A DNA stretch of 64,000 nt from Chrysemys picta bellii (GCF_011386835.1 NC_088807.1:19344001-19408000); one strand, 5' to 3'. Shown: positions 36,681 through 49,747, counted from the stretch's first letter. The notes: generated by a model not told the origin, from the letters alone. Made by a program: numbers and translations.

Positions 36681-38136
36681 TAGATGTGCAGGCTTGCCGC
36701 GGAACACTGAGAAGATTCCTGGTGCTCACCGAGCCAGAAAGTTTTTCCCCAGCTCCAACTGCGATTCCCCCTCGTGGCAAATGAAACCGATTCCCGCTTG
36801 TTCTGCCCGCCGAGGGGACCGGCTCCCTCAGCCAGTGTCACAGCCTGTCCTCAGGGGCCCCCCCTCTTTTCAAGTGCGGCACCCGAGGCTGGACTCCCCA
36901 CTGAACCTGTTGCCGCCCGTGTCTGATGCTCCCGTGAACGGAGGCCGGACACAACGGGCCCATTTACCCCGGTATCCCGCCTGCTCCCTGCCCCTCCCAG
37001 GCCCATCTAGCCCGCTGTCAATCCCCTGCTCCCAAGAGGCACCGGGAACATGCCCGCAGCCAGCCCGTTTGGCAGAGCGGGGAAGGGCCCGAGGGCTGCC
37101 TGACCCCCGGGCAGGTGGCGGGATGACGCCGGGCAGCATGACAGTGGATTAGCCCCGATCAAGGTTTGCGTAGTTCGCAAATGGCATTAGCCGCCCCTGA
37201 TGGAATCCCTCTCCCCCCGCACAAAATCCTGTTACGCTAATTTCCCTGCGCTGAGCCTCTTCGTTGCCAGTCGCCCGCCCGAATGGAGGCTGAAAGCGGC
37301 TTGGCCGAAAGCAGCCCCCCCATTAATTTTCTCAGGGTGGCCTCACCCGGCCCTTGCAGAGCTGCTGCGCGGGGGCCGGGGGGGTATTGGGGCAGAACGT
37401 AACAGGCCTTAAGCTGGATTTGCCACCGCAAAGAGGAGGAGGAGGAGGAAGGCTTGGGGCGGGGGGGCAGTGGCTTTGAGACAAGAGAGGTCACTCTAAA
37501 AACAAGCGGGGCAATTCCCAGAGGGGGCCAAAGATTTGGTGATGGTGACGTTGACAACACGCCAAGGGGCCTGGACATGAGGTTGGAAGCTGAGGGTGGC
37601 AGGGGCTGAGTAAATGATTCATTCCTCTCTGGAGAGAGAACCCAGGAGTCCTGGCTCCCAGCCCCGCCTGCTCTAACCACTAGACCCCACTCCCCCCCCC
37701 CCCAGAGCCAGGGAGAGAACCCAGGCGTCCTGGCTCCCAGCCCCCCCGCTCTAACCACTAGACCCACTCGCCTCCCAGAGCCAGGGAGAGAACCCAGGCG
37801 TCCTGGCTCCCAGCCCCCCCGCTCTAACCACTAGCCCCCACTCCTCTCCCAGAGCCAGGGAGAGAACCCAGGAGTCCTGCTCCCAGTAGCTCCCCCGCTC
37901 TAACCACCAGACTCTCTCCTCCCAAAGCCAGGGATAGGGCCTGTATTGCAATCTATGGGTTGAGTGCCCCCCTAGTGGCCAAAACCTCTCTTTGCTGCTG
38001 ATTCCCCCCCCCCCCCCCCTCCCCTCCCGGCTATGCTGGGCTACCGTCTTGCATCTGAAGTCAATCTGAATGGCGCATTGGGTTTGATCTCCCTTGGGAC
38101 CGGATCAGGGTGGGGTGGGCAGCTGTTACTCTGATC

Positions 38137-38259
38137 TAGGGTGACCAGACAACAAGTGTGAAAAATCAGGACGGGGGTGAGGGGTAATAGGATCCTATAT
38201 AAGAAAAAGACCCCAAAATCGGGACTGTCCCTATAAAATTGGAACATCTGGTCACCCTA
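38137..38259. mobile_element. hAT MITE (same family as 53548-53670)
   Basis: TIRs TAGGGTGACCAGA / TCTGGTCACCCTA; degenerate 8-bp TSD CTCTGATC / CCCTGACC. Confidence 0.85.
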
Positions 38260-40899
38260 CCCTGACCTAATGTCTATGGAGGGCCTGGGGAACTACCTGC
38301 TCCTGGATTTCAGAGAGGCTAAAAGATGGCTAAGATTTATTTATTTTTAAATAAAAGGACATTTTTATTTAATAAAGGAGGGGACGAGACGCGGACGGGT
38401 TTAAACCAACTCGGTAGGAATCTGTCCCCACTCCTGAAGAAATAGGAAGCCACCCTGGAGCTGAGCCGTCATTCAACTCGACCCAAGCTTTTCCCCTGTG
38501 GGTTTCCGATTCGGCCATTTCCGGAGGGGTTTCGCTCAGCCGCTTTTGGGGTGGGGACGGGGGGTGAGTGTCAAAGGTCACCTTCAAAATCGAAAGACCA
38601 CTTCCATGTGAAAAAAATCTCATTCACTCTTTTTTCTCCCCCCCCTCTCCAGAACTCTTTCCGGGCTCTGCAAATCCATTTTTGATGGGGAGAAAACAGC
38701 AGACGAAATGTGGCCCATCACAACCTCTGAGGCCTTCATAGTGGGGGGCCTGGCTTTAAATCAAGGCGATTTAAATCACCCACTCTAACACCTCCGTTTC
38801 AATCACCGACTTTAACCCACTTTTTCATCTGTACGTCGGACAGAACCATTCAAACCCGGTGATTTACAACTCCCGGGTGCCTTTACCCTAGATTTTGTGC
38901 GTCTTTTTGCTTCCTAGCAGGGTCCGCTGTACGTTTATTTAAGCAACTAAGTAGCTTAATATTGTCAGGTTCTTATTCATTGTACTTTTTTAGTATGGGA
39001 GAAACGGGTGACTCACAGCTTGCTGGGTTCCTACCGTCGTGCCATATTTATAAAGCTTGCCTCAAAAGTTACGTTTCCCCCCCCCGGATTCTTGCTTTGT
39101 CTAGAAAAACAGCCTTTAACGCAGCGTTTTCCACACAGGCTCCTGGATTCAGCATATTTGTAGGGTTGAAGAGATGCTAATAAGTTTAGGCCTTAGTGGA
39201 ATTTGTATTAAATTCAGATTTCCTTCGGAACAGATTTAGTTTTAAAAAGGGAAACGTAATCATTTAAATATAAGAATTTTAAAAATTCGGATTTACATTT
39301 TTTAAATACATTTTTTTTTCAAATAAAGACCAAAAACCATTGGTTTTTATCCATCCTGGTTCTGCTCCTGCGAAGGAGGGTTAACCAGCGACCCACTAGC
39401 AAAGTCTCATGTATTCAGAACAAAAGATGGTGTCTGAACCTCTCCTGCTCCCGTCTGATCCCAAATTACCCGGCTACTGGAGACATCTGATCAGCTAATG
39501 CCTCTCCGAGCACGTATTCACCCTCACCCCCCCCCTCACCAGCCGGGCTCTCTGATCCCCTGTAAATCGGGGATTAGCCCTTAGCTGCAATGGGCATGAA
39601 CCTAGAGTGGGATCAGGGGGTAAGATAAAGAGTCACCTGCTTGTTAATAGTAGGGGGAGGAGAAAATATGTTGATGGTCAGTGGAACTACCTGCCACTTG
39701 GTTTTGCTGAGAAGGTAACAGGGAGGCAAGACACTGGGGGCCTTGGGGGTGGAGGTTCTTGGCTAGAAGGCAGGTGTTTCTGAGGACCAGGCTAGTGGCC
39801 AGGGGAGGATCCCTGGGTGGGAGGATGAGTCTCACCAGGCACGGGTGGGGATGCAGGACTAGGGACCTTGGAAATGGATCAGAAACCTCCTCTGGGAAAC
39901 AGCTGCCTCCACAGAGCAGATGGGGGGACTTGGCTGATTGGAATGCAGGGGTGTTTGGGACTCATGGCAGGCAGCGAAGAGAATGTGTCTGCGTCCATCC
40001 ACTCACCCCTCCACCTACCCCTTCACCTATCCCTCCATCCATCCATCTACCCCTCCACCCACCTCTCCATCTACCCCTCCATCCACCCACCCCTACACCT
40101 ACCCCTCCATCCACCCACCCCTATACCTATCCCTCCACCGACCCCTCCATCCACCCCTACACCCATCCATTTGTCCATCCACCCACCCCTCCCCCTCTAC
40201 ACCTATCCCTCCACCCACCCCCTATGGGTGGGTTAACCCCATTCTTTCCCTGGCAGAAAGTTCCTGTCCCCCCCGCTGTCCCTTTCCCAAGCATGGCGTT
40301 TCCCAGAGGCTGGGTTAAGCTGCCCTCTGATCAATCCCTGGGACCCTATAATCATTTTAATATTCCTCAGGGCTCGGATTCCATTCAGCGCCCGGCTCAG
40401 ATTAATCTCCCGAGCCCAGACTGGGGGAAATCTTAAAAATGCCCCCCCCCCCGCAATCAGCTGGGGCTGGATGCGAGGTCATTAGAGCATCATATGGACA
40501 CAGCTGAAATGAGGGTCACACAGGGTATGGGGGGGACACCTTCATAGCCATGGGGGTGGGAGCAGGGGACTGGGAGCCAGGACTCCTGGGTTCTATCCCC
40601 AGCTGTGGTACGGGAGGTAGGGCTCATGGTTGGGGGGGGGGGGGGGGGTTGGGCGTCAGGACGCCTGGGTTCTATCCTTGCTCTAGGAGGGCAGTGCGGT
40701 CTAGTGGTTAAAGCTGGGGGAGGGGACACGCTGGGAGCCAGGCCCACATGGTTTACTGTTCTCTGCCTCATTGCATTGATTTGGAGAGGGAGGCAGAGCT
40801 ACCCCCCCGCCCGCCCCCGCCCCAGTGCAGCAATAAAACACCAGCTTCATACACCCACCAGCTGGGAAAATTCAGTGAGATGCAGACAGCTCTGGGGTG

Positions 40900-41585
40900 A
40901 GGTGCAGGGGCTGGGTATCCGGGACCCCTCGCCCGGCGTGGGGGCTGGGTATACGGGGCCCCTTGCCCGGCACGGAGATGCAGCCAGCTCTGGGGTGGGG
41001 CGCGGCAGATGGGTATACGGAGCCTCTCGCCCGGCACGGAGATGCAGCCAGCTCTGGGGTGGGGCACGGCAGATGGGTATACAGGGCCCTGCGCCCGGCG
41101 CGGAGATGCAGCCAGCTCTGGGGTGGGGCGCGGCAGATGGGTATACAGGGCCCTGCGCCCGGCGTGGAGATGCAGCCAGCTCTGGGGTAGGGTGCGGCAG
41201 ATGGGTATACAGGGCCCTGCGCCCGGCGTGGAGATGCAGCCAGCTCTGGGGTGGGGCGCGGCGGATGGGTATACAGGGCCCTGCGCCCGGCGCGGAGATG
41301 CAGCCAGCTCTGGGGTGGGGCGCGGCAGATGGGTATACAGGGCCCTGCGCCCGGCGTGGAGATGCAGCCAGCTCTGGGGTAGGGTGCGGCAGATGGGTAT
41401 ACAGGGCCCTGCGCCCGGCGTGGAGATGCAGCCAGCTCTGGGGTGGGGCGCGGCGGATGGGTATACAGGGCCCTGCGCCCGGCGTGGAGATGCAGCCAGC
41501 TCTGGGGTGGGGTGCGGCGGATGGGTATACAGGGCCCTGCGCCCGGCGCGGAGATGCAGCCAGCTCTGGGGTGGGGCGCGGCTAG
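40900..41585. repeat. 64-bp tandem repeat ending just upstream of the visinin exon 2 acceptor
   Basis: GGGTATACAGGGCCCTGCGCCCGGCG recurs every 64 nt. Confidence 0.9.
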
Positions 41586-41613
41586 ATGTCAAACATTGTG
41601 TCTCTCCCCACAG

Positions 41614-41725
41614 GCAATATTTAAGATGATTCCCCTTGAAGAGCAGAAAACGCTCGCTGAGGATGAAAACACCCCCCAGAAACGAGCTGACAAGCTCTGG
41701 CAATATTTCAAAAAGGGGGAAAATG
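41614..41725 (+). CDS. RCVRN-like: Visinin exon 2 (AIFKMIPLEEQKTLAEDENTPQKRADKLWQYFKKGEN)
   Basis: 112 nt, cacag|...|gtaagg. Confidence 0.95.
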
Positions 41726-42145
41726 GTAAGGGATCTGCCAGGCTCTCCATCACCCCACGGCCTAACCCCACCTGGGCCGGCTCACACAGCCCAGTGCCCC
41801 CATATTGGTATTACACGGTGCCGTGCACACCCCCCCCACACACACACATGGCACCTCAGGTCAAACCCTGAAGCCCTTTTAACCTACAACAAAACCCAGC
41901 CCTACAGGGAACAAGCCCCGGGCCCCATTCCCTGCCTTCCCAAGCCAGCCAGTCCCTGCCCTGGGGCTAGAGGGGAGCCATGGCCCTCTAGAGAGGAAAG
42001 ACCCCGGGCCCCATTCCCCGCCCCCCTAAGCCAGCCTGCCCTGGGGCCGGATGGGAGCCAGCACCCCCCTAGAGGGGAAGGTCCCTATATTGCATTTTAT
42101 TAACCCCTCTTCTCCTGTCTCCCTCCATTCCCCCCACCCCCCCAG

Positions 42146-42231
42146 ACAAAATCGCCGAGGGGGAGTTCATCTCTGGGGTGATGAAGAACGAAGCTATCAT
42201 GAAGCTGATCCAATACGAACCCAAGAAATAG
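42146..42231 (+). CDS. RCVRN-like: Visinin exon 3 (DKIAEGEFISGVMKNEAIMKLIQYEPKK*)
   Basis: cccag|; total 192 aa with C-terminus IQYEPKK, as in chicken visinin as recalled. Confidence 0.95.
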
Positions 42232-42789
42232 GAAGGCCGAGGTCCCGGGCCGGGAGGGGAACGGCAACCTGGAGGGAGAGCAGGCGCGGCCCCCCAGCCA
42301 CGTGCATGGAGTGAGAGAGAAAACGAGTGACTGAGAAAACGATGAAACGAATGAATGAAACGATACGTGTGAGAGGTGCCCGACCCATCTCCAGCCATAC
42401 GCTGCCATGTCGGTCTTCAGCCCTTTCCCCGGGTAGCTGTATCCCTCCTCCTCCAGACCACTCCGCCGCTTCGGGCACTTCCAAACAGGCTGTCGTGGGA
42501 GGCCTAGGGGGGGACCCCACTGAGAGCCCGGGGGGGGGGGGAGAGGAGCAGGGGAAATGTGTGGGAGGTGAAAAAGAGGATGATGGGAAAGGGAGGATAG
42601 CAGAAGGAGAGAAAGAAACAGAGCAATGAAGGAGGAGAGGAGGGATGTAAGGGGGGGAAGGGAGGAATGAGAAAGAATGGAGAATAAAAAGGAGAAGGCA
42701 GAGCAGCAGTGAACACGGCAGAGAGCGGGAAATGAGAGAAGGAGAAATGGCTGATGGAAGAGAAGGATCACATAAAGAAAGTGCTGCCA

Positions 42790-43215
42790 GACAGTCACTG
42801 AGATTGGGGCCCCGTCGGGCCGGGCACTGTCCAGACACAGAGTCGCTGAGATTGGGGCCCTGTGGGACCGGGCACTGCCCAGACACAGAGTCGCTGAGAT
42901 CGGGGCCCCGTCAGGCCAGGCACTGCCCAGAAACAGAGTCACCGAGATCGGGGCCCCGTTGGGCCGGGCGCTGCCCAGAAACAGAGTCACCGAGATCGGG
43001 GTCCCGTCGGGCCAGGCACTGCCCAGAAACAGAGTCACCGAGATCGGGGCCCCGTTGGGCCGGGCGCTGCCCAGAAACAGAGTCACCGAGATCGGGGTCC
43101 CGTCGGGCCGGGCACTGCCCAGACACAGAGTCGCTGAGATCGGGGCCCTGTCGGGCCGGGCGCTGCCCAGAGTCACCGAGATCAGGGGCCCGGGGCGCTG
43201 CCCAGAGACAGCGTG
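42790..43215. repeat. ~48-bp tandem repeat in the visinin 3' UTR
   Basis: CAGAGTCACCGAGATCGGGG...GCCCAGA units. Confidence 0.9.
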
Positions 43216-43605
43216 AGAGCCAAGCGTTGAACCCAGGCGTCCTGTCTCCTCGTCTAACACTCCAGCCGCGACTCAGCAAAAATCCCTCTCAACTAGCACA
43301 AACCAACGACCACCGTCTAGGGCCCTGAAAACCGCTCTGCCTTTCTCCATTTGCTCCTTCTCTTCCTGCCCCCTCGGGTCCAATTCGTCCCCCCTCCCCA
43401 CGGGCCCTTGAGGCAGATCATCATCCCCCTCCCTCCTGCTGAAGCCTGTTTGGAAAACACCCCCCGCCCCCCAGATTCATGTTGTGTTCTGCAGTTTGTG
43501 CTTCTGTCTCGTTTCTTCCCCACCCCAGAGCCAGCGCTGGTGGGGGTGGAAGGAGGGGAGACAAAGGGCATTTGTCTTACATTTCTGTACTGGTGTCTGG
43601 TTTTC

Positions 43606-43611
43606 AATAAA
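43606..43611 (+). terminator. Likely visinin polyadenylation signal
   Basis: AATAAA after a U-rich tract containing TGTA, ~1.4 kb beyond the stop. Confidence 0.6.
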
Positions 43612-44344
43612 GAGCGTTGTATGTAAGCCATTCGCCCGGCCTCCGGGGGGAGGGAGCGAGCAGGCCAGGGGGGAATCGAACCAGCCACCTCCATGACAAC
43701 GGGCACCAGCCCCTGCTGCAGCTGGAAGGCAGGAGCAGGCACACGGCCTGGCCACTAGGGGCGATACCGAGCGCCCTGCCCAAAGCGGGCCCCTGAGCAG
43801 TGAAGTACCAAGTGCTGCCACTAGAGGGGGCAGGTGGGAGCTGACAAACTAGGAGCCATTCGTCCCTGACCCCCCCTCGTGTAACCAGCAGCCCCCACTC
43901 CCCTTCCAGAGCCAGGGAGAGAACCCAGGAGTCCTGGCTCCCAGCCACCCCCCCCCCAACCACTAGCCCTCACTCCCCTCCCAGAGCCAGGGAGAGAACC
44001 CAGGAGTCCTGGCTCCCATCCCCCTGCTCTAACCACTAGCCCCCACTCCCCTCCCAGGGACAGGGAGAGAACCCAGGAGTCCTGGCTCCCAGCCCCCTGC
44101 TCTAACCCGTGGCATACGTGGCCCCACTGACAGGCATTACAGCGATAATCCGAGTGTCCAGGTCTGTTGGCAGGACGGGGGTTATGTAACAGCCCCCCCG
44201 CGCTGCTTCCAATCCCGTTAGTGAGGATGAGCTCAGGGCCTGGCGCCGAAAGCCCAGTGTAAACACGGCATTAAGCAGCTTGGGCCTGGCACCCAGGGGA
44301 CAGATGGCAGCATCTGAGCCAGCCAAAGCTCCACCCCCCGCCGG

Positions 44345-44945
44345 GGGAATGGCACCCCCAGCCCTGCCAGTGTCCCTCACAGCCCCTGCTAGCCCAGTCC
44401 TGGGCTCCCCCCACCCCTGCCGGTGCCCCTCACTCCTGACCCACAGCCCCTGCTAGCCCAGTCCTGGGCTCCCCCCACCCCTGCCGGTGCCCCTCACTCC
44501 CCACCCACAGCCCCTGCTAGCCCAGTCCTGGGCTCCCCCCAGCCCTGCCAGTGCCCCTCACTGCCGACCCCCAGCCCCTGCTAGCCCGGCCCTGGGCTCC
44601 CCCAGCCCTGCCGGTGCCCCTCACTGGGGAAGGACATAGCTCAGTGGTTTGAGCATTGGCCTGCTAAACCCAGGGTTGTGAGTTCAATCCTTGAGGGGGC
44701 CACTTAGGGATCTAGGGCAAAATCAGTACTTGGTCCTGCTAGTGAAGGCAGGGGGCTGGACTCGATGACCTTTCAAGGTCCCTTCCAGTTCTAGGAGATA
44801 GGATATCTCCATTAATTTAAATCACAGCCCACCCCCAGCCCTGCCAGTGCCCCTCACAGCTCCCTGCTAGCCCAGTCCTGGGCTCCCGCCAGCCCTGCCA
44901 GTGCCCCTCACTCCCGACCCGCAGCCCCCTGCTAGCCCAGCCCTT
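44345..44945. repeat. ~53-bp CAGCCCCTGCTAGCCCAGTCCTGGGCTCCCC...GTGCCCCTCACT minisatellite; also at the window end (~63930-64000)
   Basis: Direct tandem units, interrupted by a SINE. Confidence 0.85.
44626..44815 (+). mobile_element. Turtle tRNA-derived SINE with a CR1-type 3' tail (tortoise PolIII/Cry SINE type)
   Basis: tRNA-like head ATAGCTCAGTGGTTTGAGCATTGGCCTGCTAAACCCAGGGTTGTGAGTTCAATCC, then the CR1-like tail GGGCTGGACTCGATGACCTTTCAAGGTCCCTTCCAGTTCTA. Confidence 0.9.
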
Positions 44946-45606
44946 GCATCCCCCCACCCTGGCGGGACCCCTTAGGAAAGGGCAGCTCGTCTTCCTCTCC
45001 CACCCACCCTCCCGCGGATGAAGCTGGCCTGGCTCTGCCTCTCCTGAGTGGCCAGCAGGAGGCAACGTCCTGGGACCAAATCTAGGTCCCCGCAGCCACT
45101 GCTTAAGCCTTCCCATGCTGCGGGGATGGGGGTCACTGCTGCAGGCCCTGTCGTCCACCAGGGGGCACCCTCCCACTGCCATTGTCAAGACCAAGTCGGG
45201 AAAAGAGGGCCCAGGTCCCACTTGCAGCCGGACCGGCCGAGGAAGCCACCGCCCGGGAAACAACCCTTCCCTCCCCGAAATCAGAGACCAAAACGTGGCC
45301 CAGGATCTGGGCGGCAACTTGGGCTACTGGGCCTCAGACTCCTGGGTTCTCTCCCCCGCTCTGGGACGGGAGAGGGCTGGGAACCAGGACTCCTGGGTTC
45401 TCTCTCTTTTCAAGGTCACACAGTGGCAAAAACATGTCCTATCTCCCGGCCTCAGTTTCCCCACCCGCGACAAACTATGTTTGAAGATCACTGGACCACC
45501 GCCATGGGGCACCCCCTCCACACATGTCGTGCATCCCCAGGGACCCGCCCCCTTTCCCATTCTCCCCCCACAGAGGTTGTGCCACGCTGCAGGCTGGTTT
45601 GAACCC

Positions 45607-45612
45607 TTTATT
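45607..45612 (-). terminator. RPL28: RPL28 polyadenylation signal
   Basis: TTTATT on + (AATAAA on -), 17 nt past the stop. Confidence 0.85.
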
Positions 45613-45628
45613 GGGACGTGCTAGCCAT

Positions 45629-45718
45629 TCACGCAGTCTTGGTAGCCCGGGTTCTCTTCTTCTTCACCACCACCGGCTTCTGACTCCGCAGGATGGCGCT
45701 GGCGCGGCGCAGAGCAGC
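45629..45718 (-). CDS. RPL28: RPL28 last exon (AALRRASAILRSQKPVVVKKKRTRATKTA*)
   Basis: 90 nt, ctccag acceptor. Confidence 0.97.
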   Translation of the reverse strand, partial: AALRRASAILRSQKPVVVKKKRTRATKTA

Positions 45719-46282
45719 CTGGAGACGGGGGAAAGAGCGTGAGGCTGATGCACACTGGAGTGGGGTGCCCCCTGCAAAGGGGAGGGGGGCTACTGCAGGT
45801 ACTGGGCCTCGCTTCCCCACCCCACCTGCACCAGGGGTGCCCGGAGTGGGGCTGCACCCCACTTCTAGAGATCGCCCCTGAAGCTAAATGGGGTGAGGGC
45901 ACTGACCAGACATGGTGAGCTGAGTGACTATCACCCCCACATCACTTCTCACCCATGTGGTGGGAAGGGGGCGCTCAGATTAGGGGGGCGAGACGATCGC
46001 CAATCAATCCCCCCTTTCTAGCGTGATCATCCCCCCACGTGAAGAGAGGGGAGGTCTCCAACCAGGCACGCAGCAGCCACCTGGGTTAAATCCAGAGAAT
46101 CCTGGGTTTAAAATGGAGGTGTGCCGCCCCCACCCCCGATACACCCCCCTCCAAGAGCCAGCCGTGTCCCTTTCTGCCCCTCGGGACGGGCGCTTTGGCC
46201 AATGGGGCAATGCCCCTCCCCCGTGGGTTCCTGAACACAGGACGGCCCCGTTCGGGAAGGGGGGACCAGACCCAGCACTCAC

Positions 46283-46401
46283 CATGCGCAGATCCTTGCG
46301 GTAGTTGTTCTTGCGGATGATGTGACGCAGGCTGTTGAGCGTGGCCCGGGCGTTCTTGTTAATGGTGGTCTTCTCGTAGGACGTGGCTGGCTTGCGCTGG
46401 C
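46283..46401 (-). CDS. RPL28: RPL28 exon ([40 protein letters not shown])
   Basis: 119 nt, ccccag|...|gtgagt. Confidence 0.97.
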
Positions 46402-46686
46402 CTGGGGGAAGGGGCCATGGGTCAGCCAGGGGACGAGCTGGTCTAGTTAGCAGGACAGGACGGGGGCGTTTCCCCTCTAAGGGGCGCCTGCCCCAGGGCA
46501 GGGGACTGGAGGACTCAAGGGGGGTGGGACTGGAGTATGGGGCCTTCCCCCCCCCCCCCCCCCAGGCGGCCCAAGCATCCAAATCTGCCCCCCCCAGAAG
46601 AAATCACTATTTCACACCCCCTGGCTCCCACAATCCTTTGCGGGGGGGGGGGGGGGGGGGGGGGGAGAAGCAGCCTGTCGGCATCA

Positions 46687-47337
<651 letters not shown>

Positions 47338-47341
47338 TCAC

Positions 47342-47423
47342 GGGTGCTGTAGGTTTGTTTGTTCCGCTTGAGGAGGAAGCTGGAGCTGTTGCGGACGATC
47401 ATCCACTGCAGATGGGCCGACAT
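47342..47423 (-). CDS. RPL28: RPL28 first coding exon ([27 protein letters not shown]); one extra C before the donor
   Basis: 82 nt versus the 81 needed for a phase-0 join to GAG CCG. Confidence 0.95.
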
Positions 47424-47449
47424 CGCCCTGCGGGGACAGGCGCGTTAGC

Positions 47450-49710
47450 GGGGGGGGGTCCGGGGGGGAGGGGCCGGTCCCGAGGGGGGGTTCGGGGGGC
47501 GCGGGGGGGGTTCGGGAGGGAGGGGCCGGTCCCGAGGGGGGGTTCGGGGGGAGCGCGGGGGGGGTTCGGGAGGGAGGGGCCGGTCCCGGGGGGGGGGTTC
47601 GGGAGGGGTTCGGGAGGGAGGGGCCGGTCCCGAGGGGGGGTTCGGGGGGCGCGGGGGGGGGTTCGGGGGGGAGGGGCCGGTCCCGAGGGGGGTTCGGGGG
47701 AGCGCGGGGGGGTTCGGGAGGGAGGGGCCGGTCCCGAGGGGGGGTTCGGGGGGCGCGGGGGGGGTTCGGGAGGGAGGGGCCGGTCCCGAGGGGGGGTTCG
47801 GGGGACGCGGGGGGGGTTCGGGGGGGGAGGGGCCGGTCCCGAGGGGGGGTTCGGGGGGAGCGCGGGGGGGTTCGGGAGGGAGGGGGCCGGTCCCGAGGGG
47901 GGGTTCGGGGGGCGCGGGGGGGGGTTCGGGAGGGAGGGGCCGGTCCCATGGGGGGGTTCGGGGGGCGCGGGGGGGGGTTCGGGAGGGAGGGGCCGGTCCC
48001 ATGGGGGGGTTCGGGGGGCGCGGGGGGGGTTCGGGAGGGAGGGGCCGGTCCCGAGGGGGGGTTCGGGGGGCGCGGGGGGGGTTCGGGGGGGAGGGGCCGG
48101 TCCCGAGGGGGGGTTCGGGGGGAGCGCGGGGGGGTTCGGGAGGGAGGGGCCGGTCCCGAGGGGGGGTTCGGGGGGCGCGGGGGGGGTTCGGGAGGGAGGG
48201 GCCGGTCCCGAGGGGGGGTTCGGGGGGCGCGGGGGGGGTTCGGGGGGGAGGGGCCGGTCCCATGGGGGGGTTCGGGGGGCGCGGGGGGGGTTCGGGGGGG
48301 GAGGGGCCGGTCCCGAGGGGGGGTTCGGGGGGAGCGCGGGGGGGTTCGGGAGGGAGGGGCCGGTCCCGAGGGGGGGTTCGGGGGGAGCGCGGGGGGGTTC
48401 GGGAGGGAGGGGCCGGTCCCGAGGGGGGGTTCGGGGGGCGCGGGGGGGGTTCGGGGGGGAGGGGCCGGTCCCGAGGGGGGGTTCGGGGGGAGCGCGGGGG
48501 GGGTTCGGGAGGGAGGGGCCGGTCCCGAGGGGGGGTTCGGGGGGAGCGCGGGGGGGGTTCGGGAGGGAGGGGCCGGTCCCATGGGGGGGTTCGGGGGGCG
48601 CGGGGGGGTTCGGGGGGGAGGGGCCGGTCCCGAGGGGGGGTTCGGGGGGAGCGCGGGGGGTTCGGGAGGGAGGGGCCGGTCCCGAGGGGGGGGTTCGGGG
48701 GGCGCGGGGGGGGTTCGGGGGGGAGGGGCCGGTCCCGAGGGGGGGTTCGGGGGGAGCGCGGGGGGGTTCGGGAGGGAGGGGCCGGTCCCATGGGGGGGTT
48801 CGGGGGGCGCGGGGGGGGGTTCGGGGGGGGAGGGGCCGGTCCCGAGGGGGGGTTCGGGGGGAGCGCGGGGGGGTTCGGGAGGGAGGGGCCGGTCCCGAGG
48901 GGGGGTTCGGGGGGAGCGCGGGGGGGTTCGGGAGGGAGGGGCCGGTCCCATGGGGGGGTTCGGGGGGCGCGGGTGGGGGTTCGGGGGGGAGGGGGCCGGT
49001 CCCGAGGGGGGGGTTCGGGGGGAGCGCGGGGGGGTTCGGGAGGGAGGGGGCCGGTCCCATGGGGGGGTTCGGGGGGCGCGGGGGGGGTTCGGGGGGGAGG
49101 GGCCGGTCCCGAGGGGGGGTTCGGGGGGAGCGCGGGGGGGTTCGGGAGGGAGGGGCCGGTCCCGAGGGGGGGGTTCGGGGGGGCGCGGGGGGGTTCGGGA
49201 GGGAGGGGCCGGTCCCGAGGGGGGGTTCGGGGGGCGCGGGGGGGGTTCGGGGGGGGAGGGGGCCGGTCCCGAGGGGGGGGTTCGGGGGGAGCGCGGGGGG
49301 GTTCGGGAGGGAGGGGCCGGTCCCATGGGGGGGTTCGGGGGGCGCGGGGGGGGGTTCGGGGGGGAGGGGCCGGTCCCGAGGGGGGGTTCGGGGGGAGCGC
49401 GGGGGGGTTCGGGAGGGAGGGGCCGGTCCCGAGGGGGGGTTCGGGGGGCGCGGGGGGGGTTCGGGGGGAGGGGGCCGGTCCCGAGGGGGGGTTCGGGGGG
49501 AGCGCGGGGGGGTTCGGGAGGGAGGGGCCGGTCCCGAGGGGGGGTTCGGGGGGCGCGGGGGGGGTTCGGGGGGGAGGGGCCGGTCCCGAGGGGGGGTTCG
49601 GGGGGCGCGGGGGGGGATTCGGGGAGGGAGGGGCCGGTCCCGAGGGGGGGGGCGCGGCGGGGGGATTCGGGGAGGGAGGGGCCGGTCCCGAGGGGGGGTT
49701 CGGGGGGGTC
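47450..49710. repeat. ~2.2 kb extremely G-rich ~48-bp minisatellite filling RPL28 intron 1
   Basis: GGGGGGTTCGGGAGGGAGGGGCCGGTCCCGAGGGGGGGTTCGGGGGGCGC units. Confidence 0.95.
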
Positions 49711-49747
49711 CCCACGTGGGGGCCGGGCCCGGAGCTCCGGGCGATAC

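Noticed and set aside
44626-44700. Functional tRNA gene
   Set aside because: The tRNA-like head continues directly into a CR1-type tail, so it is a SINE.
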